The notes beneath the pieces were generated by a model. That model did not search any database. It was not told the origin of the DNA and saw only the letters and a program-made list of their open reading frames with translations. The position numbers and the translations under genes are program-made. A stretch of 64,000 nucleotides of DNA from Acidimicrobiia bacterium (GTDB lineage Bacteria > Actinomycetota > Acidimicrobiia > Spongiisociales > UBA5794): positions 6,080 to 70,079 of the forward strand of contig JASJAS010000005.1 in assembly GCA_030066875.1 (NCBI GenBank). The letters are read 5' to 3'. Positions within the stretch are counted from its first letter, which is position 1. Each line of letters opens with the position of its first letter. Below are positions 18,287-27,244 of this stretch, in pieces.

Positions 18287-18753
18287 GAATCCTGGTTCTT
18301 TGCACCGGGAACATCGGTCGTTCGCCGCTGGCAGAAGTGATGTTGCGCAAGGCGCTGGCGAGCGGTCTTGGCGTCGAGGACGCAGAGTTGGCGGATCGCG
18401 GATTTGTCGTGACCTCTGCGGGAATCGCCGCACCCGAAGGTCATCCCGCATCGCGCCGCAGCATCGCGGTAGCCGCCGGTCGGGGGCTCGACCTGAGCAA
18501 TCACAGCGCCACTCAGCTGACCGCGCTGGCTGTGGCTGCGGCCGACCGCATCTACTGCATGGACGGGGGCCAGCTGGCGGCAGTGAAGGCAATCGATCCT
18601 GCAGCGGCTTCGAAGACCGGGTTGATCGCAGGGGAGGGGATCGAAATACCCGACCCCCACTACCAGGACGACGAGTTCTTCTGGCGGGTTGCCCAACAGG
18701 TCGAAGCGGCCGCGCTGAGCCGGGCTGCAGAGCTTCTCGAACAGGTCTCGTAG
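18283..18753 (+). CDS. Low-molecular-weight protein-tyrosine-phosphatase family protein
   Basis: CX5R(S) loop LCTGNIGRS and the downstream IPDP Asp loop. Its start overlaps the ADH stop as GTGA. Confidence 0.8.
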   Translation: MRILVLCTGNIGRSPLAEVMLRKALASGLGVEDAELADRGFVVTSAGIAAPEGHPASRRSIAVAAGRGLDLSNHSATQLTALAVAAADRIYCMDGGQLAAVKAIDPAAASKTGLIAGEGIEIPDPHYQDDEFFWRVAQQVEAAALSRAAELLEQVS

Positions 18754-18778
18754 CGACACAGCAAGCTGCCATGCGTGT

Positions 18779-18807
18779 TTGACTCGGTTGTTTGGGACGG
18801 CGATAAT
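18779..18807 (+). promoter_or_regulatory. Promoter candidate TTGACT-17-GATAAT
   Basis: Near-consensus hexamers with 17-nt spacing. The -10 ends 2 nt before operator site S5. Confidence 0.5.
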
Positions 18808-18809
18808 TC

Positions 18810-18825
18810 ACATAATCGATTATCG
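18810..18825. promoter_or_regulatory. Operator-like site S5 (ACATAATCGATTATCG)
   Basis: Contains ATAATCGATTATCG. It covers the predicted transcription start, 15 bp upstream of the GTG at 18840. An extra half-site-like CGATAAT lies at 18801-18807. Confidence 0.65.
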
Positions 18826-18839
18826 AGGATGGAGACACC

Positions 18840-20984
18840 GTGACGTTTGCCTACGCGTTCGACTACTCGCATGGGTTGACCCTGCCTGAAGTTGCCTCGC
18901 TGATTGGGGGGAAGGCGGCAAACCTCGGTGTGATGTCGCGAGAGTTGGGGCTACCTGTGCCTCCCGGATTCGCAATCAGCACGACGGCTTGCAAGCTCTA
19001 TCTCGAGAACGGCTGGCCCTACGGGCTCGACAGCGAGATCAATGATCAGATGAGCCGGCTCGAGAAGACGGTGGGTCGTGGATTCGGCGATCCCAATGAT
19101 CCTCTGCTGCTCAGCATTAGGTCGGGTGCGCCGGTGTCGATGCCGGGAATGATGGACACCATCCTCAACCTCGGCCTCAACGATGAAACCGCCGCTGCAC
19201 TCGAGAAGGTCACGAGCGATCCGAGTTTTGTGACCGCTTGCCGGGCTCGTTTTGAAGAGACCTATCTGGACATCGTTGGCGCTGTAGTTCCGGACGATCC
19301 ATGGTTGCAGCTGCGCGGAGCGATCGAAGCTGTGTTCCGCTCATGGAATAGTGATCGAGCCCGCAGCTACCGCGCCCGTGAGGGAATCGCGGATGACCTC
19401 GGTACCGGCGTCATTATCCAGACGATGGTGTTCGGGAACCGCGGAGAGGACTCGGCTACCGGGGTCCTCTTCACGAGGAATCCCGCCACCGGCGAGGACG
19501 TGCTCTACGGAGATCTGATGTTCAACGCCCAGGGCGAAGACGTTGTGGCCGGTACGCATCAGACAGAGCCGATAGCAGTTCTCGACCAAAGAATGCCCAA
19601 GATCGCAGCGGAACTGAGGGCTTACGCCGCGATGCTGGAGCGCCACTACTCCGACGTGTGTGACATCGAATTCACCATCGAGCAGGGTCGTCTGTGGATG
19701 CTGCAGACCCGGATAGGCAAGCGCAGCCCGCAGGCGGCGCTACGAATTGCAGTTGAAATGGCCGAGGACGACGAGTTTCCGCTAGATAGGGCGGAGGCCG
19801 TTGCCCGGGTCGCCCACCACCTGGCCGACCCGCCGGTGGCGCCGGCCGAGCGGACGGCGGATGCAGTAGCCGCCGCAGTCGGCCTGGGCGCATCACCTGG
19901 GATCGCAGTCGGTGAGATCGCGACGACACCCGAAGCCGCGGTGATCATGGCCGAGGCCGGCAAGGATGTGCTGCTGGTCCGTCGGGAAACCTCTCCGGAT
20001 GATGTACACGGCATGGCCCGGTCGGCTGGGATCTTGACCACCACCGGCGGCCTTGCCAGTCACGCTGCGGTCGTTGCTCGCGGTTGGGGCATCCCGGCGG
20101 TTGTCGGCGCCGCTGCCGTCGAGGTCGTCGACGATGCGGTCACGATCGACGGAGACCTCTTCGAATCAGGAGAGGTACTTACTATCGACGGAGGCACCGG
20201 CGAAGTGTTTGTCGGAGCCATCACCAGCGGGGCGGAGATCGTCCCCGAAGCGAGCACCCTGTTGGCCTGGGCAGAACAGCATGGAATCGAGATTGAGGCG
20301 GAATCACGGGAACCGGGAGAAGCGATGGGCGAGACGTTTGAAGGCTCAGACATAAGTCGAGAAGACATCATCCACGTATTGCTGATCAAGGGATTCGTCG
20401 TACTCGACGACCTTGCGCACATCCTCTTCGGCGACTCGGAAGCGATCGGCCGAGAGCTGGACGAGATCGTTGCGGACGGGCTTGCTGAGTTGCTTGGCGG
20501 GAGTGCGCTCGCCGGGATGTTCCAGCTGACCGAGGACGGGAAGGCTGTCGGAGCCGAGAGGGTCGCTGCAGACCGCGAGCAATGGGGTCTGGAGAACGCC
20601 GTGCAGGCGCTCGACGATCTGCTCCCGCTCGATCTGCGGATGAAGGAGATAATGACGGGCTGGCAGCTGCGGGAAGTGGAGGGCCAGCAGGTAATCAATG
20701 ATCACAGCGACGAAGCCCACGATGCCGCCATCCTGGCGGACTTCGGAGCCCTCCATGTGGACGCCGGAGTGTGGCTGGGTTCACTTGCCGAAGGGCTGCC
20801 GCGCCTTGAGTCTTACGTCGCCCGCCTCGATCGAGCCGCCGGGCTGGTCGATGAAGGCAATACCGACTATCTGGCATCACCGCGCCTCGACAGCTATCAC
20901 AACGTGTGGTTCGAACTACACGAAGACTTGATTCTGCTGGCAGACCGCACCCGCGAGGAAGAAGTGGCCGCCGGCCGGGCCTAG
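18840..20984 (+). CDS. Truncated pyruvate,phosphate dikinase-like protein: ATP-grasp N-domain plus swivel His domain plus a roughly 245-aa unassigned C-terminal region, with no PEP/pyruvate TIM barrel
   Basis: GGKAANLG and PPGFAIST (PPDK N-terminal type). The phosphohistidine motif TTTGGLASHAAVVARGWGIPAVVG has its His at codon 408. From about 20250 the sequence lacks the PEP-utilizer C-terminal motifs. Confidence 0.8.
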   Translation: MTFAYAFDYSHGLTLPEVASLIGGKAANLGVMSRELGLPVPPGFAISTTACKLYLENGWPYGLDSEINDQMSRLEKTVGRGFGDPNDPLLLSIRSGAPVSMPGMMDTILNLGLNDETAAALEKVTSDPSFVTACRARFEETYLDIVGAVVPDDPWLQLRGAIEAVFRSWNSDRARSYRAREGIADDLGTGVIIQTMVFGNRGEDSATGVLFTRNPATGEDVLYGDLMFNAQGEDVVAGTHQTEPIAVLDQRMPKIAAELRAYAAMLERHYSDVCDIEFTIEQGRLWMLQTRIGKRSPQAALRIAVEMAEDDEFPLDRAEAVARVAHHLADPPVAPAERTADAVAAAVGLGASPGIAVGEIATTPEAAVIMAEAGKDVLLVRRETSPDDVHGMARSAGILTTTGGLASHAAVVARGWGIPAVVGAAAVEVVDDAVTIDGDLFESGEVLTIDGGTGEVFVGAITSGAEIVPEASTLLAWAEQHGIEIEAESREPGEAMGETFEGSDISREDIIHVLLIKGFVVLDDLAHILFGDSEAIGRELDEIVADGLAELLGGSALAGMFQLTEDGKAVGAERVAADREQWGLENAVQALDDLLPLDLRMKEIMTGWQLREVEGQQVINDHSDEAHDAAILADFGALHVDAGVWLGSLAEGLPRLESYVARLDRAAGLVDEGNTDYLASPRLDSYHNVWFELHEDLILLADRTREEEVAAGRA

Positions 20985-21009
20985 CCCTTCGCAAGGAGGG
21001 AGGGAGCCT

Positions 21010-21483
21010 ATGCCTGACCCAAACGAGACATCGGCCGAGGACTATTTCGATCGCAGGGAGGGCGGCCGTAGCGAACGCAGCGGCTCGATCACTCACATGG
21101 ACGATCTGGCCAGCTATGAGATCGCGGCAGGTTTGTTCTTCCGCCCCATGTTTGCCGAGAACGTCTCATTGAACTTCGTCACGTTCCCTCCGAATAGCGG
21201 CTTCCCAACACACGTCCATCCCGAGGAGCAAATCAGCATCGTGCGGGAAGGCGAGATGGAATTCACCGTCGGCGATGTCACCCGAATGGTTCGGCCGGGT
21301 GATGTCGTCCACATGCCTCCGGACGTCCCCCACTCGGGAAGGACTTTCGACAGCAGCTGCCGGCTGATCGACGTATTCGCCCCGAGCCGCTCCGGGATTC
21401 GCGACGTTATCGCGGCTGCCAATCCGGTGCGTGCCGCCGAGGTCGACCGGTGGTGGTTCGACGAGAACGAGGTTGTCGACTAA
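21010..21483 (+). CDS. Cupin-domain protein
   Basis: FPTHVHPEEQISIVREGEMEF..VHMPPDVPHS is the cupin two-motif pattern. The true start may be an internal Met. Confidence 0.7.
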   Translation: MPDPNETSAEDYFDRREGGRSERSGSITHMDDLASYEIAAGLFFRPMFAENVSLNFVTFPPNSGFPTHVHPEEQISIVREGEMEFTVGDVTRMVRPGDVVHMPPDVPHSGRTFDSSCRLIDVFAPSRSGIRDVIAAANPVRAAEVDRWWFDENEVVD

Positions 21484-21487
21484 CGGG

Positions 21488-21751
21488 TCAGTCGTCCTTA
21501 CCGAACCGGCTCTCACCGTCCTCCCCGGTGTGGATGTGATGTGAGATCGAGTGATCGACTTGCGAGAACATGTCGCCGGTCTTCATGTAGTCCCATGTCG
21601 CCCATACCGCCGCGGCGAGCAACAACAGGGACCACCAGCCTGCCCAGAGCCACAGCGCGACAAACACCGGAATGCCGACGACAATCCACAAGACCACGAC
21701 GAGGATCAATCGGGTACGTGGCGAAATGGGTTTCTCGGTGCCGTAGACCAT
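21488..21751 (-). CDS. Small membrane protein (two predicted TM helices, His-rich tail)
   Basis: Hydrophobic stretches LILVVVLWIVVGIPVFVALWLW and WWSLLLLAAAVWATW. No family recognised. Confidence 0.5.
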   Translation of the reverse strand: MVYGTEKPISPRTRLILVVVLWIVVGIPVFVALWLWAGWWSLLLLAAAVWATWDYMKTGDMFSQVDHSISHHIHTGEDGESRFGKDD

Positions 21752-21807
21752 GACATCTCCTTAGACCTATCTCCCATCTTGCCCCACCAGCCTGGATGTG
21801 GGAAGGC

Positions 21808-22644
21808 CTAAGCGACGACCGGTGCTAAGTGCTCGGCAAACCTGCCCAAGTTGGCAGGGTCATGCGGCGCGGCAAAGTGGGCGATGACGTGATCGGCCCC
21901 GGCTTGGCGATAGGCGGCAACGAGCTCCGCAAACGGCCTCGGGCCGATGTCGGTCTCGGCCTTGACCGACACAGTGATGTCGTGCGGATCCCGCCCGACG
22001 TCGGCACAGTGGAGGCGCAGAACTCCGATCAGTTCGGCCAGTTCGGCGGGTTCTCCTCCTGGGAAGTTCCATTCATCGGCCCACTGTGCGGCGATACGCA
22101 GAGTGCGTTTGCGGCCCTTGCCACCGATCAGCAGCGGTGGCCGGGGGCGCTGGATGGGTTTGGGGTTGCACATGGCATCGCGGAGTTTGTAGTGGGCTCC
22201 ATCGAAGTCAAACCGATCCTGTGTGAGCAGCCCGCTGATGACAGCACACGATTCCTCGAGTCGATCGAAGCGCACCGGCCATGGAGGGAGATCGATACCG
22301 TAGGCCGTGTGTTCCTCCTCGCTCCAGCCGGCGCCCAACCCCAGCTCGAGCCGACCGCCCGAAGCCACGTCCACGGTGGCTGCCATGTTCGCTAGCACCG
22401 CGGGGTGCCGGTGCGTATTGCCGGTGACCAGGACCCCGAGCCGGATGCGCTTGGTGACTCCAGCCATGTAGGCAAGCATCGTCCAACCTTCGAGACAGGG
22501 CCCGGTGGGATCACTGAAGATGGGATAGAAGTGGTCGAAGGTCCAGCCCGTCGAGTAGAGCTCGATTTGGTCAGCTTCCTTCCAGAAGTCGACCATCGGC
22601 CCCCATTCCGCGTGCTGGGGGCGGGTCTTGAACGACACCTTCAT
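21808..22644 (-). CDS. Luciferase-like monooxygenase (LLM)-class oxidoreductase, possibly F420-dependent
   Basis: TIM-barrel LLM pattern (GRLELGLGAGW). AGGAGG RBS precedes the ATG at 22644. The ORF-track start at 22749 is an extension. Confidence 0.7.
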   Translation of the reverse strand: MKVSFKTRPQHAEWGPMVDFWKEADQIELYSTGWTFDHFYPIFSDPTGPCLEGWTMLAYMAGVTKRIRLGVLVTGNTHRHPAVLANMAATVDVASGGRLELGLGAGWSEEEHTAYGIDLPPWPVRFDRLEESCAVISGLLTQDRFDFDGAHYKLRDAMCNPKPIQRPRPPLLIGGKGRKRTLRIAAQWADEWNFPGGEPAELAELIGVLRLHCADVGRDPHDITVSVKAETDIGPRPFAELVAAYRQAGADHVIAHFAAPHDPANLGRFAEHLAPVVA

Positions 22645-22931
22645 CGTCAACCTCCTGGTAGCGGAGCGTAGATGCGTTGGCGTTTCTCTCACTGCAGGCA
22701 CTCGGTGTGCCGCGGCGCGAGCCGCAGCGATTGCATCGGCAACTCCCACGCCGTGTCATCCCGCCAGTCGGCGTCGGAGGCGAGGGTGATCGGAGCCACC
22801 TACGGGCTACCCGATCAAAGCGCTCCGTCCATGTCGAGGACAGGCCGCGACCGCGCTGTCCCAATGCCTCAACCCATCATTCAGCGTAGAATACCCGCCC
22901 CGAAATCCCATCAACCAGGACCCACAGAACC

Positions 22932-23900
22932 ATGAGCAAATTCAAGGTCGTACTGACGGACAACATCTTCCCGGATCTCCTCATTGAGAGAGAGATGCTC
23001 GGCAAGGTCGACGCTGAGCTAGTCGAAGTAACCGACCTCGCCACCCTTGCGGACGAAGTCAAGGACGCCGACGCCGTCATGAACACGTACGCACAGGTGA
23101 CTTCCGAAATCATTGGCGGAATGGAGAAGTGCAAACTCATAATCCGCAACGGCATTGGTGTAAATACCATCGACGTGGATGCCTGCAACGCCAAGGGCAT
23201 CATGGTCGGCAACATTCCGACGTACTGCATAGAAGAAGTGGCTACTCACGCCGTGTCGTTGATGCTGGCTCTGAACCGCAAGCTCTTTCTGTACAACCGA
23301 ACCGTCCGCGAAGGCATCTGGGATGTGAAGCAAGGTATGAAGATCAACTCCGTGGTCGGTGCGACACTCGGCCTGGTTGGCTTTGGAAACATCCCTCGAC
23401 TGGTCAACGAGCAAGCTCAGGCTTTAGGCATGAGTGTTCTTGCCTACGATCCTTTCGTCACCGCGGAGGACATCGCGGAAGCCGGTGCCACCAAGGCTGA
23501 GATGGACCAGATCATCGCCGAAAGTGACTTCATCTCGATCCACTGTCCCCTTACTAGGGAAACCCGCGGGATGTTTGACTACGAGGCTTTCACGGCAATG
23601 AAAGACTCCGCCTACCTGATCAACACCGCTCGCGGCCCGATAGTCAACGAATCCGATCTGGGTCGCGCGCTTGAAGAAGGCTTGATAGCCGGTGCCGGCC
23701 TGGACGTGCTGATGGAGGACAAAGGTCAGACCGATCACCCGCTCTACAAGTTCGAGAACTGCATCATCACGCCACATGCTGCCTGGTATTCAGAGACTTC
23801 CATCCTGCGCCGCCGTACCCAAACGGTGGATAGTGTGATCGAGGTGCTCGAGGGTCGTGAACCTCACTCCTTTCTGAATAGGGCTGCGCTGGAGTCCTGA
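22932..23900 (+). CDS. D-isomer-specific 2-hydroxyacid dehydrogenase family protein
   Basis: GLVGFGNIPRLV (GxGxxG), HCPLTRETRGM and ITPHAAW motifs. Confidence 0.85.
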   Translation: MSKFKVVLTDNIFPDLLIEREMLGKVDAELVEVTDLATLADEVKDADAVMNTYAQVTSEIIGGMEKCKLIIRNGIGVNTIDVDACNAKGIMVGNIPTYCIEEVATHAVSLMLALNRKLFLYNRTVREGIWDVKQGMKINSVVGATLGLVGFGNIPRLVNEQAQALGMSVLAYDPFVTAEDIAEAGATKAEMDQIIAESDFISIHCPLTRETRGMFDYEAFTAMKDSAYLINTARGPIVNESDLGRALEEGLIAGAGLDVLMEDKGQTDHPLYKFENCIITPHAAWYSETSILRRRTQTVDSVIEVLEGREPHSFLNRAALES

Positions 23901-24254
23901 GCCGGCGGTTTCCAGCGGTCGCAATGAGGAGGCCATCCTTGCGGGGCTCTTGTCGGCCCGGGCCCGGCCATGCGCTTGAACACAGTGATCCGGCGCCGCA
24001 GGTCGTCGGCATGTTGCCCATCCGATAATCCCTGATCCGGCGGCCCATCGGCGCCGTCGTTGCAGGACAACACGACGTGTGGGCCATAGCCCGCCGCTGC
24101 ATGAGCCTCGACGCGCATCCGACTCATCGAACCCGACCCGCAACCCAGGAGATGGCAACACTCGAAGCAACTGGTCGAAACGCAACAACAGGGCCCACAT
24201 GGTCTCATCCCATACACCACACGTCAGCCCGTCACCGCGTCTTGAAAGAGCCTC

Positions 24255-25151
24255 TCATTGGGTGTCCTCAATCTCCGGAAAGGGCACGTAGATGCGCTGG
24301 CGTGCGTGGAACCGAAGATGTCGGGTATAGCCCGCAGCTCGGGCAGCGGCGATGACTTCCGGCATACCCCACGCCGTATCACCAGGTCGGTGCGCATCCG
24401 ACGCCATGGTCATCGGTACGCCTGCATCGTGGAACATCCGGAGGAAGGTGGGAGCCGGATAGACCTCTTTGGGAGCCTGCCGCAAACCTGCACTCGATAC
24501 CTCGACTGCAGTGCTGGTGGTAACGGCCGCCTGCACGACGGGTGCGTACAGATCGACCGGAGCAGGGTCGAGATGGGCGCCGGTGCGCTTCACGAAGTCG
24601 GCGTGTGCGAGTACGTCGACCAAGCCTGAAGCCGCCAGGGCAGCTTCGGCCGCGAAGTACTTCTCGTAGGACCTGCGCACTCCCAGGCGCGCAAACTCTG
24701 CGAGACCCTCCGCTCGATCCGGCCACCATGCTCCCACCCAGTGCACCGACCCAATGAGGAAGTCGAATGGATAGGGCGCGAGCAGTTCGACAATCTTCTC
24801 TTCGGTTCCCGGCTGGAAGTCGACCTCCAAGCCCAGTTTGACCGGCAAGCCTCGCTGCTTGGCATCGAGCACGACCTCGACGTACCTGCCAAGCGACAGG
24901 TTTCGCTCCGTGCGCACGATTTCGGCGATCTCGGCGGCAAGGAGTGGGTTCGGATCTTCTTCCCACCAGCGCCCCAGAACCGACTCCGATTCGGCGCAGC
25001 GATAGAGATGCTCGGTGAAGCCGACCTCGGTGCAACCGCGCTCGAGCGCGGTCTCGACGAAGCTATCTATGTAGCCCGGCGGATACTCGCCCATCGGGGG
25101 CACGTCCGACTCGGGATGGTGGGGATGAAGATGGAGGTGATAGTCGCTCAT
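24255..25151 (-). CDS. PHP-domain phosphoesterase (histidinol-phosphatase HisK-like family)
   Basis: N-terminal MSDYHLHLHPHH metal-binding motif. The start at 25151 overlaps the MFS stop (TAATG). Confidence 0.75.
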   Translation of the reverse strand: MSDYHLHLHPHHPESDVPPMGEYPPGYIDSFVETALERGCTEVGFTEHLYRCAESESVLGRWWEEDPNPLLAAEIAEIVRTERNLSLGRYVEVVLDAKQRGLPVKLGLEVDFQPGTEEKIVELLAPYPFDFLIGSVHWVGAWWPDRAEGLAEFARLGVRRSYEKYFAAEAALAASGLVDVLAHADFVKRTGAHLDPAPVDLYAPVVQAAVTTSTAVEVSSAGLRQAPKEVYPAPTFLRMFHDAGVPMTMASDAHRPGDTAWGMPEVIAAARAAGYTRHLRFHARQRIYVPFPEIEDTQ

Positions 25152-26332
25152 TAGGTCCTTTGGTTGCGAACATACAGGATCAGGGTGGCGGCAACGAGCA
25201 ATACCGTCGTACTGAACCACCACGCCGCGGTGAATGAGAACGTGTCGGCGATCCATCCAAAGACCGGCGGTCCGGCAGCGGCTCCGACGTACTTGCCGAG
25301 CTGGGTCACTCCGGTAGCCGCCGCCGGCGCATTTGGGTTGTCTCTGACAACGGCGAAGGTAAAGAGACCGGCCCAGCCCCAGGCAGCGGCAAAGGCAAGC
25401 AGCGATCCTCCGTACAGACCTGCGGTTCCGCCCAGATTCAACAGAACCATTCCGACGGCGCCGGTTGCGATCATCGCGGCCACGGCCGTCAAGTCCGCTT
25501 TCTGGCTTCGATCGATGAAGAATCCAGCAAGAACTCGCGCCGAGAGCCCGACGAAACTTCCCAAGGCAAGTAGCAATCCAGCTGTCGATTCGGCCACACC
25601 GATGTCGACCGAGTAGCTAACGATGAAGCTGCCTAGGGTGTCGCCGCCGCCGGTCCCGAGGCCAACGGCCACGGCGAGCACCAGCAGCAAGGATAAGGGT
25701 GTGCTCGGTCGAGCTCTGTCGCCGTTGGGGCGCAGTGGGGCCGGGTTGACCACGTAGCGCGCTTCTCGACGCGGTATGGATGCGGCCGCGACCAACGCCA
25801 GGGCGGCGCCGAGTCGAAATCCCCATTCCCAGCCGATGGAGACGGTGATCGTAGGGACCGCCAATCCGGCAAGCAGAGCCGCCACGGGGACCGAGGCGTG
25901 CCGGAGACCGAAGACAAACCCTTGCCGGGCCGGATGAACACATCGCGCCACCGTGAGGTTCGAGGCGATCTGACCCAGCGAGCTGGCCACTCCACCGATG
26001 ACCAGGAACGCGGCAAGTCCAAGGTAGGAATCGGCAAGCCAGCCGACGCCACCCAGGCTGAGAGCGGCCAGCAGCGCAGCCAGGCGGAGTGCGGCCGCCC
26101 AGCCGACCCGTTCGCTCAAACGACCCATCGGTGGAGAGACAACTGCCGCGACGCCGAAGAAGACGCCGATGAGAATGCCTAGACCGGTCAGCGAGAAGTC
26201 GATGTCGGCCCGCAGTTGCACGGCCGATGCTGCGATCAGGAAACCGGGGAGCATCCCGACCGCGGTTGCTGCGAATGCAGGAACTACCCCGCGCCAAGCC
26301 ACGGCTGCTTGCGGGTGCGGTTGTGCCGTCAT
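25151..26332 (-). CDS. MFS transporter
   Basis: 393 aa, uniformly hydrophobic with about 12 predicted helices and Gly/Ala-rich MFS-type loops. Confidence 0.75.
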   Translation of the reverse strand: MTAQPHPQAAVAWRGVVPAFAATAVGMLPGFLIAASAVQLRADIDFSLTGLGILIGVFFGVAAVVSPPMGRLSERVGWAAALRLAALLAALSLGGVGWLADSYLGLAAFLVIGGVASSLGQIASNLTVARCVHPARQGFVFGLRHASVPVAALLAGLAVPTITVSIGWEWGFRLGAALALVAAASIPRREARYVVNPAPLRPNGDRARPSTPLSLLLVLAVAVGLGTGGGDTLGSFIVSYSVDIGVAESTAGLLLALGSFVGLSARVLAGFFIDRSQKADLTAVAAMIATGAVGMVLLNLGGTAGLYGGSLLAFAAAWGWAGLFTFAVVRDNPNAPAAATGVTQLGKYVGAAAGPPVFGWIADTFSFTAAWWFSTTVLLVAATLILYVRNQRT

Positions 26333-26374
26333 AGCGGCCCGGCCCGCCGCATTGGCGCCGGCCTCAACAAGCCT

Positions 26375-27232
26375 CTAACTGGTAGCCGTCAGTTTCTCGT
26401 AAAGCGACTTGGCGTTCCACTCGTTGATGTAATCCATCATGTATTCCTGGCCGATATCCACCGGGTAGCGGTCTTTGAAGTGGACCCGCTCCATCGTCTC
26501 TTCCTTCGACCAGCCCTTGGCGACGGCGACGGCGACGGCCGTCTTCCACTCCATGAGCATCGAGCGTTGTACTGCCAGGTACTCCTTGGTCGTTACCGGA
26601 CCGTGGCCGGGTACAACGTGATCGACTTCCAGTTGCCCGATTCGTTCGAGAGCGGCCAGCCAGCCATCGACATCAGACGTCATTAACCAGGTCTGGCATT
26701 CGCTGAAGATCGTATCGCCGGTGAACACCGCCCGTTCCTCGGGAACATGAACGGCAATCTGCCCCGGTGTATGTCCCGGCGTGTGGAGAAGCTCAAACGT
26801 ATGTCCACCCACCCGGAGCGTCAGATCACCGCTGAAGACGATCTGGCCCTTGTTGGGATCGGCGTAATACTCGTCGCGATCGGGGAAGATCTCCTCGCCA
26901 GCGGGATCGTCGGTCGGTAGCGCCTCTTTGGCATATGCAAACGGATCGAGTTCGGGACCGACAACCATGAAGTTGTCATAGACGCCCTGATGGTGGACGA
27001 CTTGGCCCGCGCCCTTGAAGTAGTAGTTGCCAAAGATGTGGTCGACGTGATGCTCGGTGTTGATGACGTAGCGGATCGGACCGTGCTGCTCCGCGTCCTT
27101 TCTCATCTGAACGGCCTTGGTAGGCAGCTGCGGTGTGTCGATTACGACGACGCCATCGGATGTCGTTACATAGCTCGGGTTGCAGCCGCGCACCTTGGTT
27201 TCGGTGAAGATATTGCTGGTGACGTTCTCCAT
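26375..27232 (-). CDS. Metallo-beta-lactamase-fold hydrolase
   Basis: INTEHHVDH (HxHxDH) and downstream HTPGHTPG motifs. GGAG RBS. Confidence 0.8.
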   Translation of the reverse strand: MENVTSNIFTETKVRGCNPSYVTTSDGVVVIDTPQLPTKAVQMRKDAEQHGPIRYVINTEHHVDHIFGNYYFKGAGQVVHHQGVYDNFMVVGPELDPFAYAKEALPTDDPAGEEIFPDRDEYYADPNKGQIVFSGDLTLRVGGHTFELLHTPGHTPGQIAVHVPEERAVFTGDTIFSECQTWLMTSDVDGWLAALERIGQLEVDHVVPGHGPVTTKEYLAVQRSMLMEWKTAVAVAVAKGWSKEETMERVHFKDRYPVDIGQEYMMDYINEWNAKSLYEKLTATS

Positions 27233-27244
27233 TGGTTCTCCTGC

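Noticed and set aside
3004-20984. Idea that the split PEP-synthase-like proteins plus the XDH-family enzyme represent the anaerobic phenol pathway (phenylphosphate synthase plus 4-hydroxybenzoyl-CoA reductase).
   Set aside because: No UbiD/UbiX-type phenylphosphate carboxylase, CoA ligase or benzoyl-CoA reductase genes are present. The analogy is kept only as a mechanistic precedent.
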